Positions 33,163 to 38,370 of a stretch of 38,370 bases of DNA are shown here, piece after piece; the stretch's first letter is position 1, and the number at the start of each line of letters is the position of its first letter. The translations under genes and the position numbers were made by a program. The notes under the pieces were generated by a model. The model had not been told where the DNA came from and did no database searches. It saw only the letters and a program-made list of their open reading frames with translations. The stretch lies in the NCBI RefSeq assembly GCF_001194135.2, contig NC_068987.1:21402380-21440749 (forward strand). Direction: 5' to 3'. The stretch is from Octopus bimaculoides (lineage: Eukaryota).

Positions 33163-33544
33163 NNNNNNNNNNNNNNNNNNNNNNNNNNNNNNNNNNNNNN
33201 NNNNNNNNNNNNNNNNNNNNNNNNNNNNNNNNNNNNNNNNNNNNNNNNNNNNNNNNNNNNNNNNNNNNNNNNNNNNNNNNNNNNNNNNNNNNNNNNNNNN
33301 NNNNNNNNNNNNNNNNNNNNNNNNNNNNNNNNNNNNNNNNNNNNNNNNNNNNNNNNNNNNNNNNNNNNNNNNNNNNNNNNNNNNNNNNNNNNNNNNNNNN
33401 NNNNNNNNNNNNNNNNNNNNNNNNNNNNNNNNNNNNNNNNNNNNNNNNNNNNNNNNNNNNNNNNNNNNNNNNNNNNNNNNNNNNNNNNNNNNNNNNNNNN
33501 NNNNNNNNNNNNNNNNNNNNNNNNNNATATATATATATATGCAT

Positions 33545-33742
33545 GTGTTTGTATGTCTATGTTTCTCCCCACCATAACTTGGCAACCGATGTTGATGTGT
33601 TTGCGTCCCCGTAACTTAGCGGTTCGGTGGCAAAATAGACCGATACAATAAGTCCTAGGCTTACGAAAATAAGTCCTGGGATCGATTTGTTCGACTAAAA
33701 ACCCCTCAAGGTGGTGCTCCAGCATGGTTGCAGTCAAAATGA
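33545..33742 (+). mobile_element. Family 1 SINE tail
   Basis: CCCCGTAACTTAGCGGTTCGG..GGTGGTGCTCCAGCATGG..GAAACAAG. Confidence 0.88.
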
Positions 33743-34080
33743 ATGAAACAAGAGCAAAAGAGTTGATGCGTATGTTTTAATAACTGGTTTATTGTCCATT
33801 TTATTTCCGGGTAGTGTTTTCTACGGATGACATTGTAGACTAATTTAACAATAATATGCTGCAATGGAAGATTGTACCTCGATGACATGTTTAACAACTC
33901 CAGTTCACAAGTGTAATGCCATCTATAGAAGTAGCCCATAATCGACAGTGTTGGTTTCACTCTCTCTTTTAAGCATTAAATATTTCGTAGTTATCCCCTA
34001 CCCTTCGAGATACAACGTGATGTAGCTGTTATGAGTCTAAGACAGGCGACACTTCACGTTAACGTCATGATCCTCTAACG

Positions 34081-34300
34081 TGGTGAGGTGGCAAAATCGT
34101 TAACACACCGGGCAAAATGCTTAGCGGCATTTCGTCTATCGTTACGTTCTGAGTTCAAATTTCACCGATGTCGAGTTTGCCTTTAATCCTATCGGGGTGG
34201 ATAAAATAAGTACCAGTTGAATACTACTGGGGTCATTGTAATCGATTTACCCCCTCCCCACGAAATTGCTGGCTTTGTGCAAAAAAAATGAGACCAATAT
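34081..34300 (+). mobile_element. tRNA-derived SINE (family 2)
   Basis: TGGTGAGGTGGCAAAATCGTTAAC..TTCTGAGTTCAAATT..AAGTACCAGTTGA..GAAATTGCTGG. Confidence 0.85.
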
Positions 34301-34359
34301 TATCATTCTCTCAAGATAATGGGAAAATATAACCATGCATAATCTTTTTATGATATACA

Positions 34360-34545
34360 GTGTTGTTCTTCCAGCACTTTACCAACAAATGTTATTCCTG
34401 CACTTCAAGGTTCGTACGCATGGTCATCAAGAAGGGAATCCTACAGAACTTCCCAGCCGACCCGCTGTGGGATGTTATTTCAGAACACTTGGTTGATTTA
34501 TACGGCACTCAAAGGCTGTTTGTATTGATCTTGAGCCTCTTTCTT
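34360..34545 (-). mobile_element. Short RTE-like LINE fragment
   Basis: Minus strand ..LKINTNSL*VPY..GKFC..LEVQ.., similar to the post-YADD region of RTE RTs; heavily decayed. Confidence 0.45.
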
Positions 34546-34559
34546 CCTCTCTTCTCCTC

Positions 34560-34995
34560 GGCTGAAAAGTTCATAGTCTGACCAAGATACACTCATAGAA
34601 TGTGATCAAATGAGGTTTATTTTTCAACACAGTCTTCCTTGCGATCCCCACACTTCTTCCATCGGTGTTGCAGTAATTGGATCCCATTGATGAAGAAGCT
34701 GTCATCCAGTTGCTCAAAAAAGTAATCAACAGCAGATGTGACGTCATCATCACTGCGATACTGGTTCCCAGCCAAGAATTTTTTTTAAGTTGGAGAACAA
34801 GATGATTGTCAGACGGAGCCAAATCAGAAGGAATAGAGTGGGTGCTTATCCAGTTCAAGGCCACAGTTATGCACAGCAGCCATTGAAAGCAAGGATGTGT
34901 GTGCTAGTGCATTGCCCTGATGAAACAAGAACCCTTTCAGTTTTCCTGGACGTTTGGTCTTGATAATTTTTCGTAACGGCCTCAGCAAGTTAGCA
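34560..34995 (-). mobile_element. Mariner (irritans/Hsmar2-like), 3' fragment
   Basis: KTKRPGKLKGFLFHQGNALAH..CGLELDKHPLYS..LAGNQYRSDDDV..GIQLLQHRWKKC..VEK*; inner TIR part CTGAAAAGTTCATAG. Confidence 0.9.
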
Positions 34996-35419
34996 ATACA
35001 CACACACGCACACGCACCCACACAGGGGATAGAGGAGAGATGGAGGTGGAGGATGGTAGCGGTATATTTTTATGGTCAGTTGATCTTACAGGATAGAGGG
35101 GATGAGCATATAGAGTGAAGGAGGAATGGGGGGATGAGGTTAAAAGGTCTAGTGAGTAGGAAGGAATGCGCGTATGTAGTATATAGGTGGTGGGGGTATG
35201 AGTGATAAACCAAGGACAGAGATAAAGGGAGAGATGGGTGGGAAAGGTAGTTAGTAGTATCATATTCTAGAATGCAGCCAAACGTATTTATAGACGGTGG
35301 AAAGGAATTGAAAGAAACGACGTAGTCTGTATGCGTTGGTGGTGGTGTTGTGAATTAGAGAGTAGAAGAAATAGATTTGGGGGTATATATATGTGGTGAT
35401 ATGATCGAAAGGAAATAGA

Positions 35420-35526
35420 ATAAGTACCTGGCTTAAAACAGATAAGTGTTGGGGTCGATTCAATCGACTAAAAATTCTTCAAGGCAGTGCTCCAGCATGA
35501 CCACTGTCGAATTACTGAACCAAGTA

Positions 35527-35530
<4 letters not shown>
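35420..35530 (+). mobile_element. Family 1 SINE 3' tail fragment
   Basis: TAGAATAAGTACCTGGC..GGGGTCGATT..GGCAGTGCTCCAGCATG..CAAGTAAAAG. Confidence 0.8.
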
Positions 35531-35558
<28 letters not shown>

Positions 35559-35833
35559 GCAGACAGGCAGACAGACAGACAGAAAGATAAAGGGAGATGC
35601 ATATATACATATATAATACATACATGCATACAAACATACATACAAACGTACATACAGGCAGGCAGGCAGGCAGGCAGGCTTCCGCGATGTGTATTGATTT
35701 GATAGCGGATCATTTTCGTCTCCTATGATGAGCATTTATTTACTTGATAAACTAATCTATATGTATATTAAATTATATATACATATATATATATATATTC
35801 GTAGAAGGGACTGAACATTCTACAGACACGTGT

Positions 35834-36217
35834 TGTTGGCACTCCATCGCTTACGACGTCGAGGGTTCCAATTGACCCGATCAACGGAACAGTCTGCTCG
35901 TGAAATTAACGTGCAAGTAGCTGATCACTCCACAGACATGTGTACCCTTAACGTAGTTCTCGGGGATATTCAGCGTGACACAGTGTGACAAGGCTGACCC
36001 TTTGAATTACAGGCGCAACAGAAACAGGAAGTAAGAGTGAGAGAAAGTTGTGGTGAAAGAGTACAGCAGGGCTCGTCACCATCCCCTGCCGGAGCCTCGT
36101 GGAGCTTTAAGTGTTTTCGCTCAATAAACGCTCACAACGCCCGGTCTGGGAATCGAAACCGCGATCCTATGACCGCGAGTCCGCTGCCCTAACTACTGGG
36201 CCATTGCGCCTCCACAG
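35834..36217 (-). mobile_element. Full-length tRNA-derived SINE (family 3) with 10-bp TSD
   Basis: Minus strand GGAGGCGCAATGGCCCAGTAGTTAGGG (A box), GGTTTCGATTCC (B box); TSD AGACACGTGT at 35824-35833 and 36218-36227. Confidence 0.9.
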
Positions 36218-37149
36218 AGACACGTGTACTTTTAGCGTAATTTTCAGTCAGTGTGTCATAATACATGTTGAGGGTGCAGTCCACGCGATGGTCTTCCATT
36301 TAGTTCTACACTAACAGGGTTCGAGTAGATCTAAAGTTATGCACAAGGTGATACGCATTAGGATAGAACACGGGACCTCAAGATTTTGAAGCCATGTTTA
36401 TGTGTGTGTGTGTGCGCGCGCGCATGTGCATTTGTGTATATGTGCGTGTGAGTGTGTAAATATGGATGTATGTATATGTATGTATAATACTCATATATAT
36501 ACAAATATATGCGTAAATACATAGCGAGTACTCTATATGGCACTTGTGCGTTCACACGATCCTTTGTTCCACTGATTATCTGTAAAAAATCCACTTGTCC
36601 TTGTTGAGTTTGAACACAAAGAAAGGACGTTCACAATTCTATGCGAGACTTCGATATTAGCATATGTTCCTACATACATACGCATACATGCGTACGTACG
36701 TACACATACATTCACAGAATTCTCTGTGTGTCTGTGTGGATTCCAAGTAACGAATGTACGGCTTTCATGAGTGAAATAAGAAAAAAACAGAGGAGGAAAA
36801 AATGGCGTCAGAATGAGATTTAGAAAACAAGGTGACGAACGTTTTTCAATGAGAGTTATTGTATTATTATTGCTGCTCTCCGTATTGTAATTGTCTATGA
36901 ACAGTTATGACCATGAAATACAATAAAAGAAAGAAAGAAAGGAAGGAAGGAAGGAAAAATGGATATAATAAATGAAAGAATGAAAGAAAAAGTGTTGGCT
37001 TATTTTTTTCACCTCACCACTTAGCTATTATGAACTCCAGTTAAGGGGGTGAAGCAAATCATTCAAACAGCTTTATGTTGTCGTTGTTGTTGTTGTTGCT
37101 GTTTGCGCATTCATACAACTGTCGTCTTCAACTATAAACTGGGCTGTGA

Positions 37150-37490
37150 TTGTATGTATGTATGTATGTATGTATGTATGTATGCATGTATGTATGTATG
37201 TATGTATGTATGCATGCATGCATGTATGTATGCATGCATGTATGTATGCATGTATGTATGCATGTGTGCGTGTATGTGTATCAATGTGTGTGCATGTGTA
37301 TGTATGCGTAAGTATGTATGTGTGTGTGTTTCTAAAAGAAAAAGAGAGACAGACAAATAGATAGAGAAAGAGAAAGAAAGAGCGAGAGTGGAAGAGTGAG
37401 AGAGAAAGTGAGAAAAAGGAGAGAAAGGGAAAAGGAGAGAAAGGGAAACGGAGAGAAAGGGAAAAGGAGAGAAAGAGAGAGAGAGAGACT
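37150..37490. repeat. (TATG)n/(TGCA)n followed by a GA-rich simple repeat
   Basis: Read directly. Confidence 0.9.
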
Positions 37491-37615
37491 CTTTAATAGA
37501 ATGATGATGGAAACATGAAATGAGAAGACAGGGGTGATAGTGTGAGGTGAGAAACGAATGAAAGACGAGGAAATGAATGAAAGAAAGAAAAAAAGAAACA
37601 AAGAANNNNNNNNNN

Positions 37616-37654
<39 letters not shown>

Positions 37655-37813
37655 ACTCAGATACGCACACGCATGTATGTGTGTGTATATGCGTTTATAT
37701 AAATATATAAGACGATGGCAGTTCATCTGACAGTTATTCACTCTAGAATTGCTTCCAGTTCCAACGGTTTTATCTGTTTTCCACTTGAATATCTAACATG
37801 TTCCGTATCGCAG

Positions 37814-37894
37814 TTTTCCTTGCTTGTCTTTTGGTAACACAAGCAGCATTCAATACTTTTCAGAATGGCATGTACTTTGATGTAGTCCCTGATA
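37814..37894 (+). CDS. Candidate host-gene exon (81 bp, phase 1 to 1)
   Basis: Acceptor ttccgtatcgcag, donor ATA|gtaagt, open frame xFLACLLVTQAAFNTFQNGMYFDVVPD; alternative acceptor ttttcag at 37863. Confidence 0.3.
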
Positions 37895-37997
37895 GTAAGT
37901 GAATTGCCTTCAATTTTTCCTCATCTTGTCCTCTTGTTAGATAGGGATACTCTTTGAATCCCCCTCTCTTTTTCTCACTTTCGCTCTATGAATATAT

Positions 37998-38353
37998 CTC
38001 TTTTACTCTTTTACTTGTTTCAGTCGTTTGACTGCGGTCATGCTGGGGCACCGCCTTTAGTCGAGCAACTCGACCCCAGGACTTATTCTTTGTAAGCCTA
38101 GTACTTATTCTATCGGTCTCTTTTTGCCGAACCGCCAAGTTACGGGGACGCAAACACACCAGCATCGGTCGTCAAGCGAAGCTGGGGGGACAAACACAGA
38201 CACACAAACATATACACACACATACATATATATACATATATACGACGGGCTTCTTTCAGTTTCCGTCTACCAAATCCACTCACAAGGCTTTGGTCGGCCC
38301 GAGGCTATAGTAGAAGACACTTGCCCAAGGTGCCACGCAGTGGGACTGAACCC
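37998..38353 (-). mobile_element. Family 1 tRNA/CORE-like SINE, 5'-truncated at the B box
   Basis: Minus strand GGGTTCAGTCCCACTGCGTGGCACCTTGGGCAAGTGTC..(TA/TG)..tail ending GTAAAAGAGTAAAAGAG. Confidence 0.92.
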
Positions 38354-38370
38354 ATACTTCTAATATCAGG

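Noticed and set aside
4973-33737. Long ORFs (150-370 aa) in the supplied track
   Set aside because: They run through N gaps translated as X or through microsatellites (YI, CV, HT, MYVC repeats) and are not genes.
36130-36215. tRNA genes at the SINE heads (also 8800-8866, 12520-12600, 25544-25630, 34081-34165)
   Set aside because: A and B boxes are present but no full cloverleaf, and each continues into a shared SINE body.
36500-36600. Minus-strand candidate exon (IISGTKDRVNAQVPYRVLA) and other isolated AG..GT frames (15-48, 28229, 32725, 32865, 33839)
   Set aside because: Weak splice sites or no phase-compatible neighbours; expected by chance at this composition.

Overview
Eukaryotic, AT-rich, transposon-saturated window with 16 N-gaps (about 5.7 kb) and many microsatellites. 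The SINE families and repeat content look like an octopus/cephalopod genome; this is inferred from memory of those repeats, not from a search. No intact protein-coding gene, RNA gene, CRISPR array or prokaryote-type system is supported. Contents: five decayed mariner copies from at least two subfamilies, two Penelope-like element (PLE) remnants plus a PLE-type terminal inverted repeat, four R4/Dong-like RLE-LINE fragments, three RTE-LINE fragments, a 5' half of a Ty3/Gypsy LTR element, a Helitron-like non-autonomous element, a Tigger/pogo-like end, and about 12 copies or fragments of three tRNA-derived SINE families. Most long ORFs in the supplied track are artefacts of N-runs or microsatellites. 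The most notable observations are: (i) the same back-to-back (divergent) architecture in all three PLE-derived loci, one carrying paired degenerate minimal hammerhead ribozyme motifs; (ii) several locally templated insertions or perfect tandem arrays inside old elements; (iii) a hairpin-dense Helitron-like element; (iv) a weak, phase-compatible chain of small + strand candidate exons that may be an unannotated host gene. I do not see a convincingly new biological system; the findings are leads, not discoveries.
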